The notes beneath the pieces were generated by a model. That model made no database searches. It was not told where the DNA came from and saw nothing but the letters and a program-made list of their open reading frames with translations. Below, in pieces: positions 9,836 through 18,918 of a stretch of DNA of 64,000 bases (position 1 is the first letter of the stretch; each line of letters starts with the position of its first letter). Location of the stretch: IMG/VR virus record IMGVR_UViG_3300044614_002617, positions 32,001-96,000 of that record. One strand, 5' to 3'. The stretch is from a virus. Both the position numbers and the translations under genes were made by a program.

Positions 9836-10264
9836 ATGAAACGCAGTGGCCTACAGCAGATACTTAAAGACAGAATCGAAATGCGCATAAGAGAAGGTCA
9901 TTATGCGTCCGACAATACAGACTATGAAAGATGGGCGTTTGCACATTTTCTCGCGGATGAGCTAATCTCTTTGATTGAAGAGCAAGGAATGCAACCCCCA
10001 TCTGCCCCATTCCGGGTACGCAATAAACGCTGGAACCCAAAGAAAGAAGAATGGTACGAAATTGAAGAGTGGGCAATGTTAGACCAATGGGAGCCGGAGG
10101 GGGAAGCAACGCCGGATGGTTATGCTAATACTCTGCCAGATGGAGGCACTGCTGTAGGGCAGGGTGAGCCAAGTTTTACCTCTTTTAAAGACCTAACTGA
10201 AGAAGAGTGGGCGGTGCTAGACGAAAGTTTAAAACATGTAGGTCTTAGGACAAAAAATGAATAA
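9836..10264 (+). CDS. MxRS-GMxPP-WEPE family paralog 3 with C-terminal extension
   Basis: MKRS..., GMQPP, RWNPKKEEWY (compare RWDPDRKEWY in 8932), QWEPE. Confidence 0.65.
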   Translation: MKRSGLQQILKDRIEMRIREGHYASDNTDYERWAFAHFLADELISLIEEQGMQPPSAPFRVRNKRWNPKKEEWYEIEEWAMLDQWEPEGEATPDGYANTLPDGGTAVGQGEPSFTSFKDLTEEEWAVLDESLKHVGLRTKNE

Positions 10265-10532
10265 CAAAATCATTGATGAAATCCTTGATGAATTCGATTT
10301 TGAAAGAGTCCACAAGGTCATGAAGGCACTCAACTGGACTTGGCACGATACAGACGGCGTACCTACCATCGGCGACCTACGACGACAGGCAAGGACACTG
10401 CTGCAGGAACTGCTCAAGCACAACTACTACTGCACAGGTACGGGCGGGCTGTTTGCCTACAGAATAGCCGATACTGTGGGACTGCGATTTGAGGTCACTA
10501 GTTATGAAGTGGAAAAGGATTTGTCGGTATGA
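10257..10532 (+). CDS. Hypothetical phage protein
   Basis: 91-aa ORF in overlapping-gene run. Confidence 0.6.
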   Translation: MNNKIIDEILDEFDFERVHKVMKALNWTWHDTDGVPTIGDLRRQARTLLQELLKHNYYCTGTGGLFAYRIADTVGLRFEVTSYEVEKDLSV

Positions 10533-10825
10533 AAGTCTACATCATCTGCTTCGACGGTGACCACATCTGTCATCCCACGGCATTTCTTGACCGAGAGAAG
10601 GCAGAGGAGCGTCTCAGAATTATGCAAGACGAGATGGATGCGGACGCAGATAAACATCAATGCAAGAGTTATTCGCAATGGTACTCGGTGGAGGAGTTAG
10701 AAATGGAACGCCCCATTAAGTTGAGCACCGAAGGTACTTTGAAGTTCCTTGAAATGCTAGACGGACAGGCTGAACCAAACGAAAACCTCAGAAAGGCTGC
10801 ATTGGAATCAGAAGACGCAACTTAA
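10529..10825 (+). CDS. Hypothetical protein with DUF1778 (TacA/AtaR)-like C-terminal segment
   Basis: C-terminal IKLSTEG..KFLEMLD...EPNENLRKA resembles I.LS.E....F...LD.P..PN..L..A. Confidence 0.5.
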   Translation: MKVYIICFDGDHICHPTAFLDREKAEERLRIMQDEMDADADKHQCKSYSQWYSVEELEMERPIKLSTEGTLKFLEMLDGQAEPNENLRKAALESEDAT

Positions 10826-10898
10826 ATTTCACATTTATGAAACTTAGATTACGCACTGACGAAATAATAGCTTTATTCTCTTTTAAAAAGAATAACTA

Positions 10899-10926
10899 TA
10901 AAGTTATATCAATCAGAATCCGATAA
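10899..10926 (+). promoter_or_regulatory. sigma28/FliA-type promoter
   Basis: TAAAGTT...TCCGATAA, 16-nt spacer; upstream of GGGGGG RBS and ATG 10948. Confidence 0.72.
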
Positions 10927-10947
10927 ATAAAACAAAGGGGGGTAGTT

Positions 10948-11127
10948 ATGTTTTACACTATTTCAGCAACGATTGATGACGAAGTTTACGTAGTTGCTAC
11001 AAATGTTCCAGATGACGAGCTTGAGGGCGAGCTACAGCATTTAACCCGCAGACATGCATTTAAGAATGTTGTAAGATTTGAAATAACACAAGAGATTGTT
11101 TTAGATCATTCCCCTATCCTAAAATAA
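10948..11127 (+). CDS. 59-aa hypothetical protein (not in ORF track)
   Basis: MFYTISATIDDEVYVVATNV...PILK; RBS and promoter upstream. Confidence 0.6.
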   Translation: MFYTISATIDDEVYVVATNVPDDELEGELQHLTRRHAFKNVVRFEITQEIVLDHSPILK

Positions 11128-11155
11128 CTAAAACTTAATTTTAACTTCCATCAAA

Positions 11156-11184
11156 TTGACAAATCTCTAGACATTGCCTATCCT
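11156..11184 (+). promoter_or_regulatory. sigma70-type promoter
   Basis: TTGACA-N17-TATCCT upstream of 11205. Confidence 0.55.
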
Positions 11185-11204
11185 TACTTTAAAGGAGAGG
11201 CGGT

Positions 11205-11507
11205 ATGTCTGATTTGCTTAATAATCTTGATTCGGTCGAACAAAACGCAGAAAAACAACAAGAATTCTTTAAAATGCTAGACGAAATGGTGTCTTCTTAT
11301 GGGCATCTTGTCCTGGAAGTTCAATCCATGGGGCAAAAAATTCAAGAATTAGCCGGACTTGCTCATTGGACAAAAGAACATACTGAGTATCTTTTAGCAA
11401 AAGATGAAGAGTATATGGCAGCCGTTAAAGCATTTATGGACTCAAAGGAGAGCAGCGATGGCAGCGAAGCCGACGCGGTTTCAGCAGACGTGTCCGAGAA
11501 AGCTTGA
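11205..11507 (+). CDS. Hypothetical coiled-coil protein
   Basis: AAGGAGAGG RBS, 100 aa. Confidence 0.6.
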   Translation: MSDLLNNLDSVEQNAEKQQEFFKMLDEMVSSYGHLVLEVQSMGQKIQELAGLAHWTKEHTEYLLAKDEEYMAAVKAFMDSKESSDGSEADAVSADVSEKA

Positions 11508-12105
11508 AAAGCTTCCATCGACACACTGCCCACTAGCCGTAGAGTCTATCGAAGCAATCAAGGCGGGACAGCCAGACAAAGTCACCTGTCCTTTCTTTGT
11601 TAACGACATGCATTCTAATTATTGCTTTTGGAAATTTATGGATGAGGACGGCGAGGCTATTGACTCTGCCCGCAGGATTGCACAGCTTAATGTTATACAA
11701 GAAGCAGAAGTCAAAGAAATCATTTCAAATACCGCAAAAACTATTTTAACAACGGTAGATGTAGAAGATGTTCAGCTTTTTAAAGAATCAGTCTATGAGG
11801 CCATGCCAGAAGCGTCTTATGATATTTACACTCAAGAATCGTGGGTGGAAGAAGTTGTAGGAGCGGAAGGTCTGCCACAAGAGCCGGGCAAACCGGGACG
11901 TAAAAAGAAGGTTAAAATTCAAGCACCTAAGGGGTTTTCGGGTGGACATGCTCTGCATAAGTCGGGAAAGAGAACTCAGTTGACAGGACTGTCTTCTAAA
12001 TGGCACGAGCACGTTAAGGAGTTTCAAAAAGGCGATACACCTATCCGTATGTCTTCTAATACTATGACAAAAAAGAAGAAAGACGAAAAAGATGAAGACG
12101 CATGA
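11458..12105 (+). CDS. Cys-rich protein with possible HTH and basic tail (putative regulator)
   Basis: CP...CP...CPFF...YCFW then RRIAQL......EV..II; start at ATG 11458. Confidence 0.45.
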   Translation: MAAKPTRFQQTCPRKLEKLPSTHCPLAVESIEAIKAGQPDKVTCPFFVNDMHSNYCFWKFMDEDGEAIDSARRIAQLNVIQEAEVKEIISNTAKTILTTVDVEDVQLFKESVYEAMPEASYDIYTQESWVEEVVGAEGLPQEPGKPGRKKKVKIQAPKGFSGGHALHKSGKRTQLTGLSSKWHEHVKEFQKGDTPIRMSSNTMTKKKKDEKDEDA

Positions 12106-12298
12106 AGCGATTGAAAAACTAAAGTCGAGTAACCCAAGCGATCGCGAAGATGGGGTATGGGTTCTCTATGTGAACTCATTACATTGTTATAAAACCTTAA
12201 AATATCACGCGGAGCGCGAAGCAGACTGGAAACTAAAAGACTTACTAAATAAAATGCTAAGCGATTTTAGGATTTTGCATGAAAAAGAAAACAGTTAA
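12092..12298 (+). CDS. Hypothetical protein
   Basis: Overlapping ORF in operon. Confidence 0.5.
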   Translation: MKTHEAIEKLKSSNPSDREDGVWVLYVNSLHCYKTLKYHAEREADWKLKDLLNKMLSDFRILHEKENS

Positions 12299-13415
12299 AA
12301 ATATTAAACCAGTTTTAAAAACAATACAACATCTCAAGTTTATTAAGCAACTTGAGAAAAACGGCAATTTAGCTTACCAAATAGTCGCTGACAGGATGAT
12401 TGATGATATTGTAAGTTATCTTAAGTCAGAAAAGCTCGCTAAAGCCGAAGACTCTCACAATATTCCAAAAAATTGGACAAAGCTAGTTCCTCGTATTCAA
12501 ATCAATGTAAACAATACACTTGGTCCAATTATTGAAAAATATATGCTTGCTCTTAAGTATGCGCTATTGGGTAAGGCCGCCGGGCAAGATGCCGAAAATG
12601 CCGTTGAAGAGCTAGGACTAAAAACATATTTACCAAAAGGGCTGCTGTTTCAAGGTTTTTTTGACGCGGTGGACACTCAGTCCGATTACTTTTCCAAGGC
12701 TCTAAAGTTACCTAAAATCAAGACAGATGCATCTAAAGATCCTTTTATCGAGTATACTTTTAGGTTCATCAAAGAAAAGACGGCAAGACATCTCGATAAA
12801 ACGCTTGTCGAAATGAAGACCAAAGCCTTAACCGCAATTGAACAGGTTATCACAGAACACAACCATGAAAATACCTCAAATGTTCATCGGGTTGCCAACC
12901 AACTTGCATCTGAGCTAACAGAAACGAAGAAAAAACGCGAAGCCGTTCATGATGCTGTCAAAGCGGTTGCTGAGCATAAGCTCAGTTTGACCAAAGCAAA
13001 GCAGACCCTTAAAGATACTTTTAAAGACTATTCAACAAACTGGGACTTGGTTGTTAGAACCGAGGTAGGCATGGCATCGGCCACAGCAACAAGCCAAGCA
13101 ATCATGAATTTAGCCGGCTCTAAAGACAAGGATGTAATTGTTACTATCGTTTCGATTGAAGACGATAGGGTGTCTGAAGAGTGTAAGAATTGGTCAAGAA
13201 ACGACGACGGCTCTCTGAAATACTTTAGGCTTACATCTTTAAGGCCAGCAGGCTATAATTTGGGAAAAAAGAAAGCACAATGGGAAAACTGTCAACCACT
13301 GCGCCATTTTAGATGTCGTTGTACTTTGGTATACGTTCCAAGGGGTTACAAAGTGGATAGCTTTGGTTCGTTGGTAAAATTAGCCGAGGGCGAAGAAATT
13401 AAACTAGAGCGTTAA
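12279..13415 (+). CDS. MuF/SPP1 gp7-like minor head morphogenesis protein
   Basis: W.LVVRTE..., D.RV...C, PLRHFRCRCTL (HPxCRC-like) C-terminal motif. Confidence 0.7.
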   Translation: MKKKTVKNIKPVLKTIQHLKFIKQLEKNGNLAYQIVADRMIDDIVSYLKSEKLAKAEDSHNIPKNWTKLVPRIQINVNNTLGPIIEKYMLALKYALLGKAAGQDAENAVEELGLKTYLPKGLLFQGFFDAVDTQSDYFSKALKLPKIKTDASKDPFIEYTFRFIKEKTARHLDKTLVEMKTKALTAIEQVITEHNHENTSNVHRVANQLASELTETKKKREAVHDAVKAVAEHKLSLTKAKQTLKDTFKDYSTNWDLVVRTEVGMASATATSQAIMNLAGSKDKDVIVTIVSIEDDRVSEECKNWSRNDDGSLKYFRLTSLRPAGYNLGKKKAQWENCQPLRHFRCRCTLVYVPRGYKVDSFGSLVKLAEGEEIKLER

Positions 13416-13417
13416 TT

Positions 13418-13681
13418 TTACGCATCCTCTTCTCTGCTTTTAATAATATGAATTTTTTCTTGTTTTAGATATGTACTAAACACCTTAACGAGATGTTTTT
13501 CTACAGCGACTTTCCAGCTTTCGCTGAGAGGGGAAAGATTTGCTGTATTTCCAGATTGGGCATTATATGCAATTGCATGAGCCATTTTAATAAGATCTTG
13601 CGCATAAATAACTAAATGATAGTCACCTGTTCTGCCGTCTGCAATCAAATCGTCAATCTCTTCCTTTGAGTATATTTTCAT
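13418..13681 (-). CDS. Hypothetical protein
   Basis: ORF in minus-strand operon. Confidence 0.55.
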   Translation of the reverse strand: MKIYSKEEIDDLIADGRTGDYHLVIYAQDLIKMAHAIAYNAQSGNTANLSPLSESWKVAVEKHLVKVFSTYLKQEKIHIIKSREEDA

Positions 13682-13998
13682 TCCGCGCCCTTTCTGGATA
13701 GACTACTATTAATACTATTTTTTGCCGTTTTCCATTTGTCTGCAGAAATCCTTATTTGCCTTTCTGCTAAACCAACTATCTCCCACTGATTGTCTAAAGA
13801 CATTAAGGTGGTACGACCAAATTTAACAATTTCATCGCTTTCTGTCAATATATAAATAGTCATCTTGTTGAGCATAATAATTACCCCACAACAAGAGTCT
13901 GCTTCTTGATTTGTAAACTCAACGGTATCGCCCAGCTCAGCTTCCATTAGCTGTAGCTCATCGTAAGCCCATGGCGTTGTAACTGTTTCTGCACTCAT
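13678..13998 (-). CDS. Hypothetical protein
   Basis: GGAG RBS, 106 aa. Confidence 0.55.
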   Translation of the reverse strand: MSAETVTTPWAYDELQLMEAELGDTVEFTNQEADSCCGVIIMLNKMTIYILTESDEIVKFGRTTLMSLDNQWEIVGLAERQIRISADKWKTAKNSINSSLSRKGAE

Positions 13999-14009
13999 AG
14001 TCTACTCCA

Positions 14010-14285
14010 TTAGGGTGCTGGTATAAGTTTCCAAAAAGGGTTGTCGCTGGAATAAGAGTAAATTAAAATTTTTTTATAATACCAACCATCCGGACGATGA
14101 ATTTTTAATCCATCAATATATTCATCTGTATACCCCTCCAGCTGGTTGCAGTCTCTCAGGACTTGCAAAATCTCTTCTTTTGAAGGCATTGAAGACATCA
14201 TCACAACAGAATGATAATCGTCTTGGTTTGTGTTCCAGTACGAAACAATATACAGCTTATATCTATGCGGAAGAGAAAAGCTCAT
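14010..14285 (-). CDS. Hypothetical protein
   Basis: 91-aa ORF in operon. Confidence 0.5.
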   Translation of the reverse strand: MSFSLPHRYKLYIVSYWNTNQDDYHSVVMMSSMPSKEEILQVLRDCNQLEGYTDEYIDGLKIHRPDGWYYKKILIYSYSSDNPFWKLIPAP

Positions 14286-14296
14286 TGTCTACCCTA

Positions 14297-15223
14297 TTAA
14301 AAAATATTAAGCCTTTCTAAGGCGCTGATAAATTTAAACGCAGACATTTTTGAAACACATTCAGCCACTTCCATTTTTCTTGGGCAATTTGAAAAATCCC
14401 AAAAGTTTAAATTCCAATCTGATTCGCAAAAATTACAAATTATATTCGGAACAACCGGAATCGTTTGGGCTATGCCTCTATACGGAATGCGCAATTCAGG
14501 CTTAATTGTAGTAAAACCGCATACCACTGGAGTTTGGGTTGTCCATGCAATGTGAATAGGGCCGCCATCCATACCAACAACGGCTCTAGACTTGCTCATA
14601 ATAGCAGCAAGCTCTCTAAATGATGTTTTATCTCTTAAGTCTACTCCAAATCCCGGATACTCAAAGTCGCTCATTGCCAAATTGTTTTTCCATATACTGA
14701 TAGATCCTGTTTTTCCTACATAAACAGGAATCAGCCCTTTTGCATAAACGTATTCCGCTATTTTTTTAATTTCGGTTGGCAGAATAGTTCTTTGCTTATC
14801 TCTGTATGTAGTTATGATTACAACCGCTTTACTGAAATCTACGCCGTACTTACTAACATCCACTGGCTTTAGGGGCACATATTGCAATTCAGCGTCGCTG
14901 AGTATTTTTGCCATTAAGCCAATACAAGCGTAGTGAGTTAACTTAAGCCTCGAAGGAGTCAGCTTACATAGATTGCCGCCCGGAGCAGGAATATTTAGAT
15001 AGCGAACTGAATAATCTTTGTCGTAACTTCCGCTGATTTCTGTAAATTTTTCTTCTGGAACAAAAGGAAACAAATCTTTAAAATCTGGATAGATTCCAAC
15101 TTTATAGTCGGTTTGCTGATGATACGTTTCGATTGCATGCTTAAGAATAGGAGCAGCGGCAATCAAGTCACCTACGGCGGCGCTATTAAGGCAATAAATT
15201 GTTTTATTCGCAAACATAATCAA
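14297..15223 (-). CDS. Glycosyltransferase family 9 (heptosyltransferase-like)
   Basis: VGDLI near N-terminus; DLRDKTSFRELAAIM...VGMDGGPIHIA. Confidence 0.8.
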   Translation of the reverse strand: MIMFANKTIYCLNSAAVGDLIAAAPILKHAIETYHQQTDYKVGIYPDFKDLFPFVPEEKFTEISGSYDKDYSVRYLNIPAPGGNLCKLTPSRLKLTHYACIGLMAKILSDAELQYVPLKPVDVSKYGVDFSKAVVIITTYRDKQRTILPTEIKKIAEYVYAKGLIPVYVGKTGSISIWKNNLAMSDFEYPGFGVDLRDKTSFRELAAIMSKSRAVVGMDGGPIHIAWTTQTPVVCGFTTIKPELRIPYRGIAQTIPVVPNIICNFCESDWNLNFWDFSNCPRKMEVAECVSKMSAFKFISALERLNIF

Positions 15224-16671
15224 ACCTCTTTATAAACAATATCATCCGTTATTGTTTCATAAACGCCATATCTTGATTTAGCATACTGTTTAAAAATATC
15301 AAAGAACTTTTCGCTATCACTATTCCAAATTCCATAACCAGCAGTTGTAATATCAATAAAGATAAGTTTTTTTCCTTTCTTGTACCGTAACCCACGACCA
15401 ATAACCTGTCGAGTCAGAGCCTCCGCCGAGTTTTGAACGCAAGAAATCATAAAGTCAACATCGGGCAAGTCGATGCCCTCTCCCAGTAGGCTGCTGTTGG
15501 AAACCAGCAAATTAGTCTTTCCGTCTTTGAATTTATAAAAAGGATTTCGATAGCCACTGTGGGCGGGCTCGCAGTTTACTCCCATCTCAGTTGCATATTC
15601 ACAAAATTCTGCTGATGGCTCTACGGTTTTAAATAGTACCAAGACCTTAAGGCCTCTGTTTAGTCCACTTTTTACTAAATTAAGCACCGTATGAAGTGCT
15701 TTTTCATGAGTCGAAAGCATCTTATAAGCTGTCTGCTGATGGGTCATCTCTCGAACGCGCCCCAGTCCAGTGACCGTAAGGCAAGTGATGGCTACGGGAC
15801 AAAGGTACTCATTATCAATAGCCCACTTACTGTCTCTTTGAAAGACGATAGGCCCAACAATTCCATGAAAGCCCAACTCTAAATTATCCGCTCTAACTGG
15901 CGTTGCGGTAAACCCATAAATATATTTAGCTCGACTTCCAAAAATAGCCAGCTCTTTATACATATTAGAGGAGGAATGGTGAGCTTCGTCAATAATAATA
16001 GCATCGAAGATGTCTGAATAGTTACGGCCACTATTAACAGTAGCAATAGCAATATCAACACCCTCTTTAAATTTATGTTTTCCACCGATGCCGCAACTTT
16101 TAGGAGCAATCTGTTTGATATCTTTAAGCATCTGAGAGATAAGTTCGACAGTGGGAACAACGATGAGGACTCGGAGGCCGCGCTCGATGAGGGCGCGGCT
16201 TAGTAGACTGATACACATTGACTTGCCAGTTCCTGTAGGCAGGACAATACAACCTCTCTTGTACTGAAGGGCTGTTCTGACTGCTTCGGCTTGATAGTCT
16301 CTTGGAACTTTAGGTCCAACGGGAGATAGGTTAAGCTCTCTGTCTTTTTCTTTATGGCCTTCCATATTGGGAACAAGCCACCAGAATCCGGGAGGTACGC
16401 TCAAAGTACCGTCTTCATTATCGCCATAAAACTCAACTTTGGTTTCTAACTCTAACTGTTTAATTTCATTTTTAATTTTGATTGCGTGTTTGTCGTTGTA
16501 AGGTTTTTGGCGTTTGAGTTGTTTAATCTTTGAAATAACGCCCTTATTTTCAACCGTCAAGAGTTTCTTGACAGTTTCAAGTACGTCTGAAGAGCCAGAC
16601 AGGGTAATTTCATTATTTTTATATTCACCTATAAGACCGTGTATGGGCTCAAAGGCATTATCTTTAGCCAT
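15220..16671 (-). CDS. SF2 DEAH-box helicase (UvsW-like)
   Basis: PRDYQ, PTGTGKS, DEAHH, TATP, EGIDLP, QVIGRGLR. Confidence 0.92.
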   Translation of the reverse strand: MAKDNAFEPIHGLIGEYKNNEITLSGSSDVLETVKKLLTVENKGVISKIKQLKRQKPYNDKHAIKIKNEIKQLELETKVEFYGDNEDGTLSVPPGFWWLVPNMEGHKEKDRELNLSPVGPKVPRDYQAEAVRTALQYKRGCIVLPTGTGKSMCISLLSRALIERGLRVLIVVPTVELISQMLKDIKQIAPKSCGIGGKHKFKEGVDIAIATVNSGRNYSDIFDAIIIDEAHHSSSNMYKELAIFGSRAKYIYGFTATPVRADNLELGFHGIVGPIVFQRDSKWAIDNEYLCPVAITCLTVTGLGRVREMTHQQTAYKMLSTHEKALHTVLNLVKSGLNRGLKVLVLFKTVEPSAEFCEYATEMGVNCEPAHSGYRNPFYKFKDGKTNLLVSNSSLLGEGIDLPDVDFMISCVQNSAEALTRQVIGRGLRYKKGKKLIFIDITTAGYGIWNSDSEKFFDIFKQYAKSRYGVYETITDDIVYKEV

Positions 16672-16689
16672 AAGTTCTCCGTTTTGTTT

Positions 16690-16718
16690 GTATTACCAAA
16701 CACAAACATATGAGTCAA
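16690..16718 (-). promoter_or_regulatory. sigma70-type promoter for helicase/GT9 operon
   Basis: TTGACT-N17-TAATAC with TG extension on minus strand. Confidence 0.6.
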
Positions 16719-16754
16719 TGATAAAATATAACAAGTATTTCATAGGGGTTTCAG

Positions 16755-17537
16755 ATGGGACTAAAAGTCTTTGGATTGGGTGCAGTACAATCAGTCGATA
16801 AACAAGGCGAACTGATTGAAATTGCTAATATTGATACATCCAATCTACGTATGATTACAGACGAGCATAATTCTGACCAAAAGGGAGCTTGGTGTATTGT
16901 TGGCGGGATTACTGCCCACAAAAAGATTATGTCTGAAAAAGACTGCGAAACTCCCCGTCAAAAGAAGTGCTGGGACTTGGTAAAAGTTCCATATCTTTAT
17001 GTTGAAGGAGAACTCGCCGATGGACACCCTAACGCTGACGCCGCTGCTGCTCTTATCCGGTACACTGCTGCTAATCCTGATATTCCCCTAAAGATCGGTA
17101 TGTCAATTGAAGGGCTTATCTTGAAACGCGGTGGCCCAGAGGGCTCTGCCGAGCATAAAGTCATCAAGCAATCTTCTGCGGACGCTATCGCTATTACGGC
17201 CAAACCCTGTAATCCACAGGCCCAAATGTTTCCAATGAACGATCTTATGAAATCTTCGATTGAGCCTCCCCCTGCAGAATATCTACAGAAGTTCATGAAG
17301 TCCGAAGGGGCTACCGAGTCGTTTAAACACCGCCCAGAAATTCGTCTTCAGCAGAAGCTCCAAGAGTTGAAAAAATCTTTGGAAGATGTTTTAAAAGGTG
17401 GTACATGCTCTGTTAAGTGCTGGAACTGTGGTGACACTGAGCGCATGTTCAAAGCATCGAGAGAGTGGAGCAATCGTTGCAAAAAATGCGGAGATGCTCG
17501 TAGTATGAAAGACATCTGGAACGCTTTAAACCAATAA
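16755..17537 (+). CDS. Prohead (capsid maturation) protease with C-terminal Zn ribbon
   Basis: VDKQGELI, DEH, LYVEGEL, GMSIEG, AITAKPCNP (HK97/U35-type); CWNC...CKKC. Confidence 0.75.
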   Translation: MGLKVFGLGAVQSVDKQGELIEIANIDTSNLRMITDEHNSDQKGAWCIVGGITAHKKIMSEKDCETPRQKKCWDLVKVPYLYVEGELADGHPNADAAAALIRYTAANPDIPLKIGMSIEGLILKRGGPEGSAEHKVIKQSSADAIAITAKPCNPQAQMFPMNDLMKSSIEPPPAEYLQKFMKSEGATESFKHRPEIRLQQKLQELKKSLEDVLKGGTCSVKCWNCGDTERMFKASREWSNRCKKCGDARSMKDIWNALNQ

Positions 17538-17546
17538 GAGGATGAT

Positions 17547-17924
17547 ATGCCAAACATTTTTTCTGACAATGGTGTAGCTGGACTAAAGCTAGATTACGGC
17601 GAAGCAACAAAAGCCGCTTTGGCTGCAGCCACGGAGCTTGCCCCGGTAATGTTGATTACGTTGGCAGATCAGTCTCATAAAATTATTTTCCATAATGATT
17701 CTGACCAAGAAGTGCAAGTTTTGATTGCAAACCCATCTAGCTTGGAAGGAGCTTGGCAAAAACTACTTTGTCTTGCTCCCGGGCAAAGTTTGCCAATTGA
17801 AAACTATGCTGGGCCTATGTGCCTATTTCCGCCTCGCACTAAATTTGCAGCATATTCTCTTGGATCGCATGTTGGAATCGCCGATCCGGAAGGCAAGTGC
17901 AGAGTTTACGCTTGGTTGGCGTAA
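17547..17924 (+). CDS. Hypothetical virion protein
   Basis: Follows protease, GAGG RBS. Confidence 0.5.
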   Translation: MPNIFSDNGVAGLKLDYGEATKAALAAATELAPVMLITLADQSHKIIFHNDSDQEVQVLIANPSSLEGAWQKLLCLAPGQSLPIENYAGPMCLFPPRTKFAAYSLGSHVGIADPEGKCRVYAWLA

Positions 17925-17930
17925 ATAATT

Positions 17931-17956
17931 AAGGGGAGCTATGCTCCCCTTTTTTT
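17931..17956 (+). terminator. Intrinsic terminator between convergent genes
   Basis: AAGGGGAGC-tat-GCTCCCCTT followed by T run. Confidence 0.85.
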
Positions 17957-18506
17957 ATTTCTTGCCCAGTCTTGCTACTTCTTGAACTATCACATCAAAG
18001 ACAGAAGTGCTTCTCTCGTCAGCCATCTCAAGTAGTCGCTTCAGAAGAAGCTCAAGGGTTTTATTAGCTATTTGTTTATCGTAATCAGCCTGAGCAGCCC
18101 CATGAACAATAATGCGATAATCACCCGTCGTAGCAACATCCTGGGTTTTATCTTTTAGAACCTTTGAAAGAACTTCTGGCTTTTTTGACCTCGCTTTTGA
18201 TGGGGTTTTCTTAGAAGAATTATTAAGAACAAACACATCTGGCTTGGGTGTAGGCTTAGCAACGGATGCCTTCTTGGATTTATTTTTTGATTTCTTGGAG
18301 GCAAACTCAGCCCTTAGTGCACTCAAGATTGGCAGCTCTTCAGAGGCGTTTTCTTTGTTTTCTTCTTGGTTAAGTGCCTGCTTAGCCTCCTCAAGAGAGG
18401 AAAACCGTCCCAAGTAGATCCTCTTGGAGTCACGAACGACTCTGACAAGATATTTACGTTCAGTTGCGCTGTAAGAAATACCCTTAATTCCAATTTTCAT
18501 AATCAT
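17955..18506 (-). CDS. AP2-domain DNA-binding protein
   Basis: KGISY...KY..RV......IYLGRFSSLEEA; Lys-rich linker; no HNH domain. Confidence 0.7.
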   Translation of the reverse strand: MIMKIGIKGISYSATERKYLVRVVRDSKRIYLGRFSSLEEAKQALNQEENKENASEELPILSALRAEFASKKSKNKSKKASVAKPTPKPDVFVLNNSSKKTPSKARSKKPEVLSKVLKDKTQDVATTGDYRIIVHGAAQADYDKQIANKTLELLLKRLLEMADERSTSVFDVIVQEVARLGKK

Positions 18507-18766
18507 TCTCCCTCTTTAACAAATCTTTTGGTTACTGCACACCACTCTCCAAACATTCCATCGCGAGCAAAACGCCTATTGTCTTCAGCGGGATCGCCCA
18601 CATGAAGATGAGCAAGCCCTAGTTCATCCAATCTATGAACAGCCAAATTGAACATAGATGGCGCGTAGGTGCTACGCTCGTCGGCGTATCTTTGAGCCAT
18701 CCACATGGTATCTTCAATAATCTGTTTTAGTTTTTCATTTTCTTCCTTTAATTTTTTCATCGTCAC
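18503..18766 (-). CDS. Hypothetical protein
   Basis: GGAGG RBS; WMAQRYA..R.TYAP motif. Confidence 0.6.
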   Translation of the reverse strand: MTMKKLKEENEKLKQIIEDTMWMAQRYADERSTYAPSMFNLAVHRLDELGLAHLHVGDPAEDNRRFARDGMFGEWCAVTKRFVKEGE

Positions 18767-18854
18767 AGGACACCTCCCTTTCGCTGATAGTTAGCAGCAG
18801 CATCAAAGAAGATACCAAAACAGTCCCAAAAATTGCAAGAAGAATATTTTGCAT
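18735..18854 (-). CDS. 39-aa membrane peptide (not in ORF track)
   Basis: MQNILLAIFGTVLVSSLMLLLTISEREV...; GGGGGG RBS; follows sigma28-type promoter. Confidence 0.55.
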   Translation of the reverse strand: MQNILLAIFGTVLVSSLMLLLTISEREVSCDDEKIKGRK

Positions 18855-18875
18855 AACTTACCCCCCATATCCTTC

Positions 18876-18902
18876 TATTCGGAAATTGCTTGAAAAACTT
18901 TA
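18876..18902 (-). promoter_or_regulatory. sigma28/FliA-type promoter
   Basis: TAAAGTTT...TCCGAATA with 15-nt spacer on minus strand. Confidence 0.65.
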
Positions 18903-18918
18903 GCCGTTATTGTAAAAT
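18890..18918 (+). promoter_or_regulatory. sigma70-type promoter of the fibre operon
   Basis: TTGAAA-N17-TAAAAT; overlaps the divergent sigma28-type site. Confidence 0.6.
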
